Positions 10,801 to 20,981 of a stretch of 64,000 nucleotides of DNA are shown piece by piece; the first letter of the stretch is position 1; each line of letters starts with the position of its first letter. Both the position numbers and the translations under genes were made by a program. The notes under the pieces were generated by a model. It was given only the letters and a program-made list of their open reading frames with translations. It was not told where the DNA came from and searched no databases. This DNA is from Alphaproteobacteria bacterium. Its GTDB lineage: Bacteria > Pseudomonadota > Alphaproteobacteria > UBA7887. The DNA lies in the NCBI GenBank assembly GCA_965216755.1, contig CBDCGL010000011.1, positions 3,264,001-3,328,000 of the forward strand. The letters run 5' to 3'.

Positions 10801-11608
10801 AGACCAACAAAGCTCGCTGCGGGCCTTGTCGGGCAAGCGCATTGTGATCGCCAACCAAAAGGGTGGGGTCGGCAAAACCACCACGGCGATCAATCTGGCA
10901 ACGGCTCTCGCGGCGCTCAAAAAGACCATTTTGCTGATCGATTTAGACCCGCAAGGCAATGCCAGCACGGGCATGGGCGTCGGTGCTGGCGATCGGGACA
11001 ACACCAGCTATGACGTGCTGATGAATGAATGCCCGCTTTGCGACGCGGTGATGACAACCTGCGTGCCGGGATTGGACTTGGTGCCGTCTGAGGTCGATTT
11101 GGCGGGCGCCGAACTGGAACTGATCGACCATCAGCGGCGCTCCCATCACCTGAGAGATGCATTGGCGACGTTCACCCACACTTACGACTTCGTCCTGATT
11201 GATTGCCCGCCATCCCTCGGCTTGTTGACACTTAACGCCTTGGTTGCGGCCGACACCGTGCTGATCCCCTTGCAATGCGAATTTTTTGCCCTCGAAGGCT
11301 TGAGCCAGTTGCTGCGCACAATCGAACGGGTGCGGCGAAACTTGAATCCCGGCATCGATATTCAGGGCATAGTTCTGACCATGTTCGACAAGCGCAACAA
11401 TCTGTCTGGACAGGTCGCCGCCGATGTCCGCGCCTATATGGGCGACAAGGTCTATGAGACAGTGATCCCCAGAAATGTCCGGGTGTCGGAGGCGCCATCT
11501 CATGGCAAGCCCGTGCTTCTCTACGATTATCGTTCAGCCGGCGCGCGGGCCTACATGCATTTGGTCAGTGAGATCCTGCGCCGCGAACATCAATCATCAG
11601 CGGCATGA
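10790..11608 (+). CDS. parA: chromosome partitioning ATPase ParA
   Basis: ANQKGGVGKTTT, DLDPQGNAS, IDCPPSLG, PLQCEFFALEGL, IPRNVRVSEAPSHG. Confidence 0.97.
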   Translation: MSPEDQQSSLRALSGKRIVIANQKGGVGKTTTAINLATALAALKKTILLIDLDPQGNASTGMGVGAGDRDNTSYDVLMNECPLCDAVMTTCVPGLDLVPSEVDLAGAELELIDHQRRSHHLRDALATFTHTYDFVLIDCPPSLGLLTLNALVAADTVLIPLQCEFFALEGLSQLLRTIERVRRNLNPGIDIQGIVLTMFDKRNNLSGQVAADVRAYMGDKVYETVIPRNVRVSEAPSHGKPVLLYDYRSAGARAYMHLVSEILRREHQSSAA

Positions 11609-12474
11609 CAGCTAGACCGCGCCGGCTGGGACGTGGCCTGGAGGCCCTGCTCGGCGACACCGAACCGTCTGATTCGCCCACGGCGTCGTCCGAAAATGGG
11701 CGGCAACACGATGTCCCGATCGAAGCCTTATCCGCCGGGCCCTATCAGCCGCGTCGTCGCTTCGATCCCGGACAAATCGACGCTCTAGCCGACTCGATCC
11801 GTGAAAAAGGCATCATGCAGCCGATCTTGGTGCGGCCATTGTCAAATCAGGCTGGCCGCTACCAGATTGTCGCCGGGGAAAGGCGTTGGCGTGCCGCGCA
11901 ACGGGCGCGTCTGCACCGCGTGCCGGTTGTTGTTCACGCGCTCGCCGATCGCGAGGCGTTGGAAATTGCGATCATTGAGAACGTACAGCGCGAAGACCTG
12001 ACGCCCCTGGAAGAGGCTGACGGCTATCGGCGCTTGATGGACGAGTTCAGTGGCACGCAAGAAGAGATCGCGCGCATTGTCGGCAAGAGCCGCAGCCACA
12101 TCGCCAACACCCTGCGATTATTGGCGCTACCGGCGCCGGTCCGCGAAATGGTTGACGATAGCCGCCTTTCCGCCGGCCACGCACGGGCCTTGCTGACGGC
12201 GAAGGATCCAGCCGGGCTCGCCAAGACCGTGGTCAGCAAAGGCTGGAACGTGCGTCAGACCGAAGACGCGGTGCGTCGGGAAGGCCGCGTCCCATCGAAG
12301 TCGCCGGCAGCCCGCAATCCTGACGTGGTAGCGCTCGAGCACGACCTGGCGGCGGTCACTGGATTGAAGATCGTGATCTCGGATCGTGGCGAACGTGGCG
12401 ACGTGCGGATTGCTTATAATTCCCTCGAACAACTCGACGATATTATCCGGCGGTTGCGCAAGAGCTCGGTCTAA
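11605..12474 (+). CDS. parB: chromosome partitioning protein ParB
   Basis: LGRGLEALLG, YQPRRRF, AGERRWRAA, IIENVQREDL, GKSRSHIANTLRLL HTH. Confidence 0.97.
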   Translation: MTARPRRLGRGLEALLGDTEPSDSPTASSENGRQHDVPIEALSAGPYQPRRRFDPGQIDALADSIREKGIMQPILVRPLSNQAGRYQIVAGERRWRAAQRARLHRVPVVVHALADREALEIAIIENVQREDLTPLEEADGYRRLMDEFSGTQEEIARIVGKSRSHIANTLRLLALPAPVREMVDDSRLSAGHARALLTAKDPAGLAKTVVSKGWNVRQTEDAVRREGRVPSKSPAARNPDVVALEHDLAAVTGLKIVISDRGERGDVRIAYNSLEQLDDIIRRLRKSSV

Positions 12475-12586
12475 GCCTTGTCATTGTGGCCTCATTGCGT
12501 GGCAGAAATATTCACAGCCCAAACGATCTCGTTTTCGTAACGACGTTGGGTTTCATGTCTCGCTTCCGCAACGGGCTCGCGAGGCA

Positions 12587-13621
12587 TCACACAATTTCGT
12601 TTTGATGGCGACGCGATGCTTCGGTGATGCGCATCAACGCCAAGCCGGCGATTAGCGTCGCCGGCATGCCGGTGCGCTTGCACTGCGCCTCCGCATCAAG
12701 AACCATATCCATGGCCGTTACCAAGTCCTTCACCGGCCAACGGCGCGCTTGCCGCTGAAATGCTGGTGCTCTCTTGAAATGGGGGCGTGGTTTTAACGCC
12801 GCGACGGCGCGATCCAGCGCCACGCCATCGACGACCTGGCCCTTCACCAGGTGCAACCGCTGCAGATGGCGCCCGATCGTGCGCAAACAAGGCACGGGAC
12901 CAACACCGTCCATGGCAAGCCGGCGCCACGCCCGGCTGGCGGTGGCATGGTCGCCGCCGCCCACGGCGTCCGCCAACATGTCCATCGTCGCAACGGCATT
13001 GTCGCCGACGCTATCGGCGACATCGTCGGCCGTAATCCGCCGTTCCGGTCCGACGTAAAGGGCAAGCTTTTCAACCTCTGTGCGGGCCATCCGTCGGTCG
13101 GCGCTGAGCTGCTCGGCGAGCAACGCCAAGGCGTCGCGCTCGATCTCGACCCCGAGCTCAGACAAGACCGCACGCGCCACCGCGGGCAAGCTTTCACCAT
13201 CATCTTCGTAGCACGGCAAAGCCGCGGCGATATCGTGCTTTTCGAACAGCCGTCGCAGGGCACCTGGCCTCAGATCGCCAGCGTCGACCACAACGAGGCT
13301 ATCACCGACCGGTGCGTCCAAGAACGCGGCCAGGACGACGGCCGCGTCGTCACCCGCATCGTGCAGCCGTACGACACGGCGGCCGCCGGTTAACGCCTGG
13401 GCCGCGGCTTCGTCGGCAAGACGCGCCGGATCGGCGCGCAGGGCGACCGCGGTGATGTCGGCGACCCGAAACGGGTCCCGCAAGTCATCGACGACAGACT
13501 TGGCCAGCGCGCCGGCCCGATCCGCAACCAAACCGCGGTTCGGACCATATACGAGAACAGCGCGAACATTGGAATCAGGCGCACGCACGAAGGTTTCGAT
13601 GCGCCGCCCGGACAATTTCAT
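12587..13621 (-). CDS. holA: DNA polymerase III delta subunit
   Basis: VLVYGPNRGLV, DPARLADEA, LPCYEDD, EVEKLALY; leuS-lptE-holA synteny. Confidence 0.92.
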   Translation of the reverse strand: MKLSGRRIETFVRAPDSNVRAVLVYGPNRGLVADRAGALAKSVVDDLRDPFRVADITAVALRADPARLADEAAAQALTGGRRVVRLHDAGDDAAVVLAAFLDAPVGDSLVVVDAGDLRPGALRRLFEKHDIAAALPCYEDDGESLPAVARAVLSELGVEIERDALALLAEQLSADRRMARTEVEKLALYVGPERRITADDVADSVGDNAVATMDMLADAVGGGDHATASRAWRRLAMDGVGPVPCLRTIGRHLQRLHLVKGQVVDGVALDRAVAALKPRPHFKRAPAFQRQARRWPVKDLVTAMDMVLDAEAQCKRTGMPATLIAGLALMRITEASRRHQNEIV

Positions 13622-14157
13622 GGCGCGGCTGCCGCCAGGCGTCGTTCGAAAAACAAAGTCAAATTCAGGGCGACGTCGTCCGAGACAACCTTGGCAGCTT
13701 GGCTGGCGGCATCCTTTTCCGCAGCCAATGTCGCGAAATTCTGGCCTTCGACCACATTGTAGCTGGCAGCAGCTGTAACCTCACCTTGATGCAGGGTGCT
13801 CTCGTTGTTGGCATCGGCCAACACATATGTTGCCGTAACGACAAAATCGAACCGGCGGGTGCGGCTGTCGCGTTCGGTGATCAAGGCAATCGAACTGGTG
13901 CTTAGCGTATAGGACAGGGTGTAGCGCGCGGGCGTCACCAAGCCGCGCGGCGCCAGGGCGTCGCGCAAGTGATTGTAGACTTCGACGTCTAGGCGGTTCT
14001 GCGGTGCCGCCGGCTGAATCGCGGCCAACTCTTGACGCACGGCCGCGCTGGTCAAGCCACCATGTAACGGGCGAAATCCACAACCCACCAGCTGGCTCGA
14101 CATCAAGACCACAAAAACTGCACCGATCAGGAATTTTGTCGGTCTAAATGACGACAT
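13618..14157 (-). CDS. lptE: LPS assembly lipoprotein LptE
   Basis: Lipobox [11 protein letters not shown]; lies between leuS and holA. Confidence 0.85.
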   Translation of the reverse strand: MSSFRPTKFLIGAVFVVLMSSQLVGCGFRPLHGGLTSAAVRQELAAIQPAAPQNRLDVEVYNHLRDALAPRGLVTPARYTLSYTLSTSSIALITERDSRTRRFDFVVTATYVLADANNESTLHQGEVTAAASYNVVEGQNFATLAAEKDAASQAAKVVSDDVALNLTLFFERRLAAAAP

Positions 14158-16705
14158 TCACCACCTTATTCGGCACCACAATAACTTTCCGGATTGGTTT
14201 ATCGCCGATCACGGCCGCGATGGCTGGATCGGCCAACGCCGCGGATTCGGTTGTGTCGCGATCCGCGTCGGCTTTCAAAGTGAGAGTCGCGCGCAGCTTT
14301 CCATTGACTTGTATGGCTAACGTAACGTTTTCCTCAAGAATCAATCGCGGGTCGGCCTCGGGCCACGGCATGTCGGCCAAATAGCGCTTATGGTCCAGCA
14401 TCTGCCATAGCTCTTCGGCCAAATGCGGCACCATCGGGCCCAGCACGCGCACCAATGTTTCCAGCGCTTCGCGGCGGGCCCAGGCATCACTTTTGCTATC
14501 GCCATCAAACGCGGTGATCGCGTTTCCAAGTTCGCGGGCGCGCGCCACCGCGCGGTTGAATCGGAACTTGCCCAGATCGTCGGTGATGTTATGAATGGTC
14601 TTGTGCGATTGCCGGCGCAATTCCTCGGCGGCGTCGCCGAACGCCTTCGGTCGCCGCGCCTTGACCGATGCCACCGGACCGGCCGGTTCGGTGACCATGC
14701 GCCAAACCCTTTGCAGAAAGCGCCAGGCGCCGTCGACTCCGGCCTCGGTCCATTCGACGTCGCGTTCGGGCGGGCTGTCCGATAGCATGAACAATCGTGC
14801 GGTGTCGGCGCCGTAGCTAGCAATGATCGATTCCGGGTCGACGACGTTCTTTTTCGATTTGCTCATGCTTTCGGATCGACCGAGCTCGACGGGCGCGCCT
14901 GTCTCCCGATGGTGCCACGCTCCTTTGTCGTCGCGCACCACGTCTTCGGGGAACAGCCATTTGCCGTCTGCGTCACGATAGGTTTCGTGACAGACCATGC
15001 CCTGTGCCAACAAGCCGCTGAACGGCTCGTCGATTGCGAGGTAGCCGCACGCTTTCAACGCCCGCACAAAAAACCGCGAATACAACAAGTGCAGGATGGC
15101 ATGCTCGATACCGCCAACATACTGATCTACGGGCAGCCAATGGTCGACTGCGGTCCGATCCAATGGTTGGTCGGATTTGGCGCATGCGAAGCGCGCGAAA
15201 TACCATGACGAATCGACGAAGGTGTCGAACGTATCCGTTTCTCTTTGGGCGTCGCCGCCGCAGTTCGGACAGGCAACATGTTTCCAGGTTGGGTGCCGAT
15301 CCAACGGATTGCCCGGCTGGTCAAACGTGACATCGTCCGGCAGCAGCACCGGCAGTTCGGCTTCCGGAACCGCCACGATGCCGCAGCCATCGCAATGAAT
15401 CACCGGAATCGGGCAGCCCCAATAGCGCTGGCGTGACACACCCCAATCGCGCAATCGATATGTGGTGCGCACTTCACCATCGCCGGACGGGGTCAGGCGC
15501 CCAGCCACCGCCTGTTTGGCATCTTCAACGCTCAGGCCATTGAGAAAATCCGAATTTATCAACACGCCGTCGCCGACAAACGCAGTGTCACCAACGGCGA
15601 AATCATCGCCGGCGTCGGGCGGTTTCACCACCGGCAGCACAGGCAGGTCGTATTTTCGCGCGAACTCAAGATCGCGCTGGTCGTGCGCCGGGCAGCCGAA
15701 AATGGCGCCGCTGCCATAGTCCATCAGCACGAAGTTGGCGACATAGATCGGCAATGTTGCGCCGTCTTGCAATGGATGCAGCGCGCGCAACCCGGTGTCG
15801 TAACCCAGCTTTTCCGCCTGCTCGATGGCCGCCTCGCTGGTGCCGAGCTGATTACAGCGGGCGATAAAGGCAGCCAGGTCGTCGTCTTGACACGCCAACG
15901 CCTCGGCTAGGGGATGATTGGGTGCAATGGCGCAGAAGCTGGCGCCATACAAGGTGTCGGGGCGGGTTGTGAACACCTCCAGGCGATCGTCTCGGTCGGA
16001 CATCCGGAACCACAGGGTCATGCCGTGCGAGCGACCGACCCAGTTGCGCTGCATGGTGCGTACGGACTCCGGCCACCGGTCCATGGTGTCGAGTGCTTCC
16101 AGCAATTCGTCGCTATAGGCCGTGATCCGCAGCATCCATTGCTGCAGCAATTTTCGCTCAACGGGTGCGCCTGAACGCCAGCCTTTGCCGTCGATAACCT
16201 GTTCGTTGGCCAACACCGTTTGATCGACCGGATCCCAGTTGACCCAGGACTCCTTGCGGTAAGCCAAATCGGCTTTCAAGAAATCCAAAAACATCTTCTG
16301 TTCGTGCTTGTAGTAATCCGGCGAACAGGTTGCGATTTCAGTCGACCAATCGTAGGACAGCCCCATCGACTGCAACTGCCGCCGCATGGTGGCGATGTTG
16401 TCCCAGGTCCAGGTCGCGGGATGGATGTTCTGTTCCATGGCGGCATTTTCCGCCGGCATGCCAAAAGCGTCCCAACCCATGGGATGCAAAACATCATGGC
16501 CTTGCGCGCGCTTGAAGCGGGCAATCACATCGCCAAGCGTGTAGACGCGCACATGGCCCATGTGAATGCGGCCCGACGGATACGGAAACATTTCCAAGAC
16601 ATAATATTTCGGCCGATCGGACGGCGCCGGCGTCGCAAAGCACGCGGCATCCTGCCACAGTTGCTGCCACCGCCGCTCGCATTCTTGGGCGTTATATCGC
16701 GCCAT
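14144..16705 (-). CDS. leuS: leucine--tRNA ligase
   Basis: [42 protein letters not shown]. Confidence 0.99.
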   Translation of the reverse strand: MARYNAQECERRWQQLWQDAACFATPAPSDRPKYYVLEMFPYPSGRIHMGHVRVYTLGDVIARFKRAQGHDVLHPMGWDAFGMPAENAAMEQNIHPATWTWDNIATMRRQLQSMGLSYDWSTEIATCSPDYYKHEQKMFLDFLKADLAYRKESWVNWDPVDQTVLANEQVIDGKGWRSGAPVERKLLQQWMLRITAYSDELLEALDTMDRWPESVRTMQRNWVGRSHGMTLWFRMSDRDDRLEVFTTRPDTLYGASFCAIAPNHPLAEALACQDDDLAAFIARCNQLGTSEAAIEQAEKLGYDTGLRALHPLQDGATLPIYVANFVLMDYGSGAIFGCPAHDQRDLEFARKYDLPVLPVVKPPDAGDDFAVGDTAFVGDGVLINSDFLNGLSVEDAKQAVAGRLTPSGDGEVRTTYRLRDWGVSRQRYWGCPIPVIHCDGCGIVAVPEAELPVLLPDDVTFDQPGNPLDRHPTWKHVACPNCGGDAQRETDTFDTFVDSSWYFARFACAKSDQPLDRTAVDHWLPVDQYVGGIEHAILHLLYSRFFVRALKACGYLAIDEPFSGLLAQGMVCHETYRDADGKWLFPEDVVRDDKGAWHHRETGAPVELGRSESMSKSKKNVVDPESIIASYGADTARLFMLSDSPPERDVEWTEAGVDGAWRFLQRVWRMVTEPAGPVASVKARRPKAFGDAAEELRRQSHKTIHNITDDLGKFRFNRAVARARELGNAITAFDGDSKSDAWARREALETLVRVLGPMVPHLAEELWQMLDHKRYLADMPWPEADPRLILEENVTLAIQVNGKLRATLTLKADADRDTTESAALADPAIAAVIGDKPIRKVIVVPNKVVNVVI

Positions 16706-16789
16706 GGGAATCCTGTTCCACGCACGCAGCGTGAGGTCAAGAAAGGAAAGCCAGCCGAACCGAACCCGGTGTCGGGTGCACCAAGCCGA

Positions 16790-17386
16790 TTACTGGCTGG
16801 CCAATGTCTTGATGCGCAATTGACGGGCGCGGGTCAAAATCGTGTTCTCCAGGTCGGTATTCATGGTGTCGCTGACCGCAACGTCCACCCAGTTCCCTTG
16901 GCCACGCTGCACCTGACGAAACACTGACACCCGAATACCATCGGCGCGCAATGTGCGATCCAGAATATAGACTGTAACTTTGAAGCGCTCGCCGGGGGAT
17001 TCGGGCGGCGCGTACCAATCCGTGATGATCACGCCGCCGAACGGATCGGCCGAGCTCAAAGGTAGAAACGACAGCGTATCCAGGGCGCCGCGCCACAGAT
17101 AGCTGTTGACGCCGATGCCGCCGCCAGAAGGGCCTGCCTCCTCGTCTGAGCTATCACCAAACAACACGATGCCGTCACCCCCAAACAAACTCGAGCTATC
17201 GTAACTGCGGGTTCGGCCGCCTTTCTTCAAAGTGCCGGTCGGATAGGGGTTGTCGGATGGGTATTCCGCCTCGACCAACGGGCTGTCGGTCGAACACGCC
17301 GCCACCATGAAGGCCAGCCCGGCGGCCGCCGTCATTCTAAGAACTTTCCGGTCCACCGCTCTCGGCCGATTGTTGTGTGTTTGCAT
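16790..17386 (-). CDS. DUF3576 family lipoprotein
   Basis: IGVNSYLWRGALDTLSFLPLSSADPFGGVIITDWY..PGERFK...ILTRARQLRI; lipobox VAAC; start uncertain (17386 or 17335). Confidence 0.85.
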   Translation of the reverse strand: MQTHNNRPRAVDRKVLRMTAAAGLAFMVAACSTDSPLVEAEYPSDNPYPTGTLKKGGRTRSYDSSSLFGGDGIVLFGDSSDEEAGPSGGGIGVNSYLWRGALDTLSFLPLSSADPFGGVIITDWYAPPESPGERFKVTVYILDRTLRADGIRVSVFRQVQRGQGNWVDVAVSDTMNTDLENTILTRARQLRIKTLASQ

Positions 17387-17468
17387 AAAACTGCCCACGC
17401 TACTGCAACGTCCGCCCTTTGGCTGCCATGGCAGCCGACAAACAACCAGGATGTCATCGACCTGCCAC

Positions 17469-17507
17469 AAACAAGCAGAAGGGCGATAGCATAAGCTACC
17501 GCCCTTC
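17469..17507 (-). terminator. intrinsic terminator of the porin gene
   Basis: GAAGGGCGATAGC-ATAA-GCTACCGCCCTTC 13-bp stem with a U-rich tail on the minus strand. Confidence 0.65.
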
Positions 17508-17536
17508 GTAAAGATGTAGGTGTTTAAGACGCGAGA

Positions 17537-18814
17537 CTAGAAGCTCACATAAACACCCGTCAGCAGTGCGAGACCTGAATTATCGCCGCTTGCGCCTGCC
17601 GCGAGCGGAACTGCCGACCCTGGCGTAAAGTCATAGTCGAAGTGCACAACTTCACCGTACCATTTCAGGCCCGGCGCCACGTCATACCCGACACCGAAAC
17701 CGATTCCGGTGAAGTCAAATTCGTCCGTGGTACCCGTGGCAGTCGCAGTTCCCGCATTGGCTGCCGCCTCGGTATTCGTGCGGCTCGCGCCAGCACGGTG
17801 GGTGTCTACATACTGCAGTTCGAACGCCCACGGACCCAAGAAATAAGCGGCGTCAAGGGTCCAGCCGGTACTCTCGAACCCAAAGTCGCGGTTTTTCAAT
17901 GCGCCGGTATTGCCGTCGTCGAAATATGTTGCGCCCAACTGGAAGCCCGCATAGCGAAGGACAGCGCCCACTTCCCACACACCAAGGCCGGTGACTTCGT
18001 TGTTAATGTTCAACCCGGTCGGGGCGGACGCCAAGTCGCTGTCGCTCATGGAGCCAACGACCGACAAGGCGAGGCTCATCGGGCCGAAATCGCCATTATA
18101 TTGGGCGCCGAGTTCGATCACGTCCTTAAACGCCGACGCACCGTTGTTTTCCGAAAACGGATTAGTCGCCGGCGTACCGGTATAGTCGCGATTTTCCGGC
18201 ACATAACTGACACCCGCTTGGAGACCGGCCACGACAGGTGTGAAGTAGGAAACCTTCGCGCCATAGGTGAACCAGTTGGCGTTGCCGCCGCCGTCACGGA
18301 AGCCCGGCCCACCCGGTGACGGGTTGACACGGTAGGACTTGAACGGCGTATCAATAAGACCGTTCGAGGCATAGGTATTACAGACCGGACACAGGTTCAT
18401 CTGTGTGTCGGCGCCCGGCCAGTTCCCCAATTCCAGCGAACCCCAACCGCCGGAGAAATAAATGTATTCCCGTCCCGGGAATCCGCTTGTTGTCGCGGCG
18501 CCCGTCTGGGTCCAAGCAGCTTGACCGGTCGCCAAATGGATTTTGGCACCATATACCAATCCGTTGTCCGCGGTCAGCTCACCGTTAAAGAACACCTCGG
18601 CGAACCGGCCGTTGACAAAACCGCCATCACGGGTCCCGGTCGAATTGACGTTGTCGTCGTTGTCCGCGATACCGGCCTCAAATTGCGCCACGATCGACGC
18701 CGAGAGGATCGGCGTCCCCTCCTCGGTCTTCGATTGGATCGGCATCGCCATCGCCCCCGATGCGATGACCGACGCGCCCATGAGAGCGGTCGTGCCCATC
18801 AATAACTTCTTCAT
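17537..18814 (-). CDS. outer membrane porin (alphaproteobacterial type)
   Basis: Signal peptide MKKLLMGTTAL, ADNGLVYGA, KVSYFTPVVAGLQAGVSY, GYDVAPGL, C-terminal Phe. Confidence 0.88.
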   Translation of the reverse strand: MKKLLMGTTALMGASVIASGAMAMPIQSKTEEGTPILSASIVAQFEAGIADNDDNVNSTGTRDGGFVNGRFAEVFFNGELTADNGLVYGAKIHLATGQAAWTQTGAATTSGFPGREYIYFSGGWGSLELGNWPGADTQMNLCPVCNTYASNGLIDTPFKSYRVNPSPGGPGFRDGGGNANWFTYGAKVSYFTPVVAGLQAGVSYVPENRDYTGTPATNPFSENNGASAFKDVIELGAQYNGDFGPMSLALSVVGSMSDSDLASAPTGLNINNEVTGLGVWEVGAVLRYAGFQLGATYFDDGNTGALKNRDFGFESTGWTLDAAYFLGPWAFELQYVDTHRAGASRTNTEAAANAGTATATGTTDEFDFTGIGFGVGYDVAPGLKWYGEVVHFDYDFTPGSAVPLAAGASGDNSGLALLTGVYVSF

Positions 18815-19009
18815 TGTCCTTCGACCTCCACCTTCGGGCCCGTCCGACCCGTCATTTTCGTGTAGCTCGTGATCCAGAACGGATCACCTTGCGACGTGCA
18901 ACGCGTTTTGACACCACGCGCCAACCAAATGATAAATGCCGACAACCCCTTAAGATCAACAATATGTCGCTTTTCGCTGCACCAATTTTGGCACGCTGTG
19001 ATAGATTTG

Positions 19010-20977
19010 TCACAAAATGGGAGCGTGCGCGGCGCTGTCGGCTGACGTCAGGCGTCCCATCGTCAGGTCAAGATATTTTTCATAGCGTCGGGCGCGGCCC
19101 ACCGACCCCGCGACAGACTGTAAATCGCCTTTGAAAACCGCAAATCGGTCCGGATCGATTCGGGGCCGAACCGGATCACGCGTTAGGCCCAGAAAATCTA
19201 CCAACTGATCACGGACGATCTCGGGCTCGGCGAGTAGCGCGTCATAGAGCAGGTTTGTGGTGTCGGCCGTCGACACGCTTGACCAGTGGGTCATGAGTCG
19301 ATCATAGGCCAACCAAAAGCCGGCCAGATTGTCCAAATCATACGCATAGGTGGTGACACCCGCGTAATCGGCGAAATAGCAGGCTAAACATGTATCGGCA
19401 GGGTCGCGTGTGCAGTGGATGATTTTGGCATGCGGAAACAACAGCGAGATGATTCCGAGATGTTGGAAATTGGCGGGAATGCGCTCGACCACATGGCTGG
19501 CATCGGGGCAGAGTTCGGCCAGCTGGCCCAGATGAGCACTGGCGCAGCTGTTCAGTGCCGCGCTGTCAATGGCATCCATCTTGTCGAGATAGCCGAATGG
19601 CGTGCCGGCCAGATTGGCCAGGCTTTGGTTTAGCAAAGGGCGTTCACCGATGCTGCCGACGCCATCGATCAGCGATAACAAATCAGCCACTTCGTCGACG
19701 CCGGATTCCTGCATTCCGACCACGAACACCGGACACGGCGCCGAAGGGGTGGCGCGCGCGAGATCGCTCATACGCGCGGCGGGAAATGTCGTGATCAGTC
19801 GGTCCGTCAGTGTTTCCAAAGCTTCGGCGTCATGATCGACGCGCTTCAACCGATTGGCGTCGGTCAAATGGCCGAATGCGGCATCGATGGTGCCGGCGCG
19901 GTCTTCCAGGCGGGCGAGGGCGAACAACAAGCCACGTTCGGTTGCTGGCGATAGATCGGGTTGGGCAAGCATCTCTGCCAGCCACGCGCGCTCCGCGGCG
20001 GTATCGTCCCCCTTCAAAGCCAGGGTCGCTGCGGCCAGCGCCACATCGGGGTCGTCGCGATCACTGTCCCGCAACGGGGCCAAGAGGTCGGTCGCGATGT
20101 CGCGGGCGCCGGCCTGATCCAGGCCGATCGCCGCTTGGGCGATCGACGCGGCGTGGCCGTTGGCTTTGCGCGCGGCGGTGCGAAAAGCCTCGAGCGCCGC
20201 GTCGGGGTCGCCAGCCTGCAGGTGGACATAACCGCGCTCAAGCGCCATGGCGCCACCGGCGCTGGCGCGTTCTTGGGCGTCATGCAAACAGGCGATGGCG
20301 TCGTCGAACCGGCCCAACAATCGATAGGCGTTGCCCAATCGGTGCTGCACAACGGCGTGGCCCGACGCCAAGCGATCGGCCTCCAGATAATGGCGTACCG
20401 CCGAATCGACCGCGCCGCGCATGATTTCGACGTCGCCCAAGGCAATGCGAATCTGCGGCACGGAGGGAGCCATGCGCGCGGCCCGCCCTAGGTGATCGAC
20501 GGCCTGATCAAGTGCGCCCGATTCGGCCATGGCGCGGCCCAAATTGAACCGCATTTGGGCGTCGCTCTGGGCCAGTGCGACCGCTTTGCTCAAACTGACG
20601 ACGCCGTTGTCATGGTCGCCAACCGCGTTCTGCGCAAGCCCGAGATTGTTCCAGGCACCGGCGAACGAGGGGTCCAGGTCGGTGGCTTTTTGGCACACGG
20701 CCGCCGCCTCATCGGGCGCGCCGGCGGCCAGCAAGACCTGGCCGAGGCCGTTGAGCACGCTGGGGTTGTCGGGCTCGAACCGCGCCGCCTTCTCCAGATA
20801 ATCGCGCGCCTTGTCGACTTCGCCCTTGGCTTGGTGCATCAGCCCGATATGCATCAGGGCGCCGGCATGGCGCGGCGAACGTTGCAAGACTTCACGATAT
20901 CGTTGTTCCGCGCCGGCCAGGTCGCCCTGTTGATGGGCAACCACACCGGCTTGAAAGGCTTTACTCACACTCGACAT
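19010..20977 (-). CDS. TPR-repeat protein with degenerate sulfotransferase domain
   Basis: Multiple TPRs (AWNNLG, MRFNLG, HRLGNAY); C-terminal domain with LFPHAKIIHCTRDPADTCLACY but the PAPS loop reads GMQESGVD. Confidence 0.85.
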   Translation of the reverse strand: MSSVSKAFQAGVVAHQQGDLAGAEQRYREVLQRSPRHAGALMHIGLMHQAKGEVDKARDYLEKAARFEPDNPSVLNGLGQVLLAAGAPDEAAAVCQKATDLDPSFAGAWNNLGLAQNAVGDHDNGVVSLSKAVALAQSDAQMRFNLGRAMAESGALDQAVDHLGRAARMAPSVPQIRIALGDVEIMRGAVDSAVRHYLEADRLASGHAVVQHRLGNAYRLLGRFDDAIACLHDAQERASAGGAMALERGYVHLQAGDPDAALEAFRTAARKANGHAASIAQAAIGLDQAGARDIATDLLAPLRDSDRDDPDVALAAATLALKGDDTAAERAWLAEMLAQPDLSPATERGLLFALARLEDRAGTIDAAFGHLTDANRLKRVDHDAEALETLTDRLITTFPAARMSDLARATPSAPCPVFVVGMQESGVDEVADLLSLIDGVGSIGERPLLNQSLANLAGTPFGYLDKMDAIDSAALNSCASAHLGQLAELCPDASHVVERIPANFQHLGIISLLFPHAKIIHCTRDPADTCLACYFADYAGVTTYAYDLDNLAGFWLAYDRLMTHWSSVSTADTTNLLYDALLAEPEIVRDQLVDFLGLTRDPVRPRIDPDRFAVFKGDLQSVAGSVGRARRYEKYLDLTMGRLTSADSAAHAPIL

Positions 20978-20981
20978 CAGA

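Noticed and set aside
12518-12615. Weak direct repeat near the holA 3' end (RRHQNEIV versus RRYENEIV in translation)
   Set aside because: Only about 17/24 identity and it does not extend; cannot be told from chance
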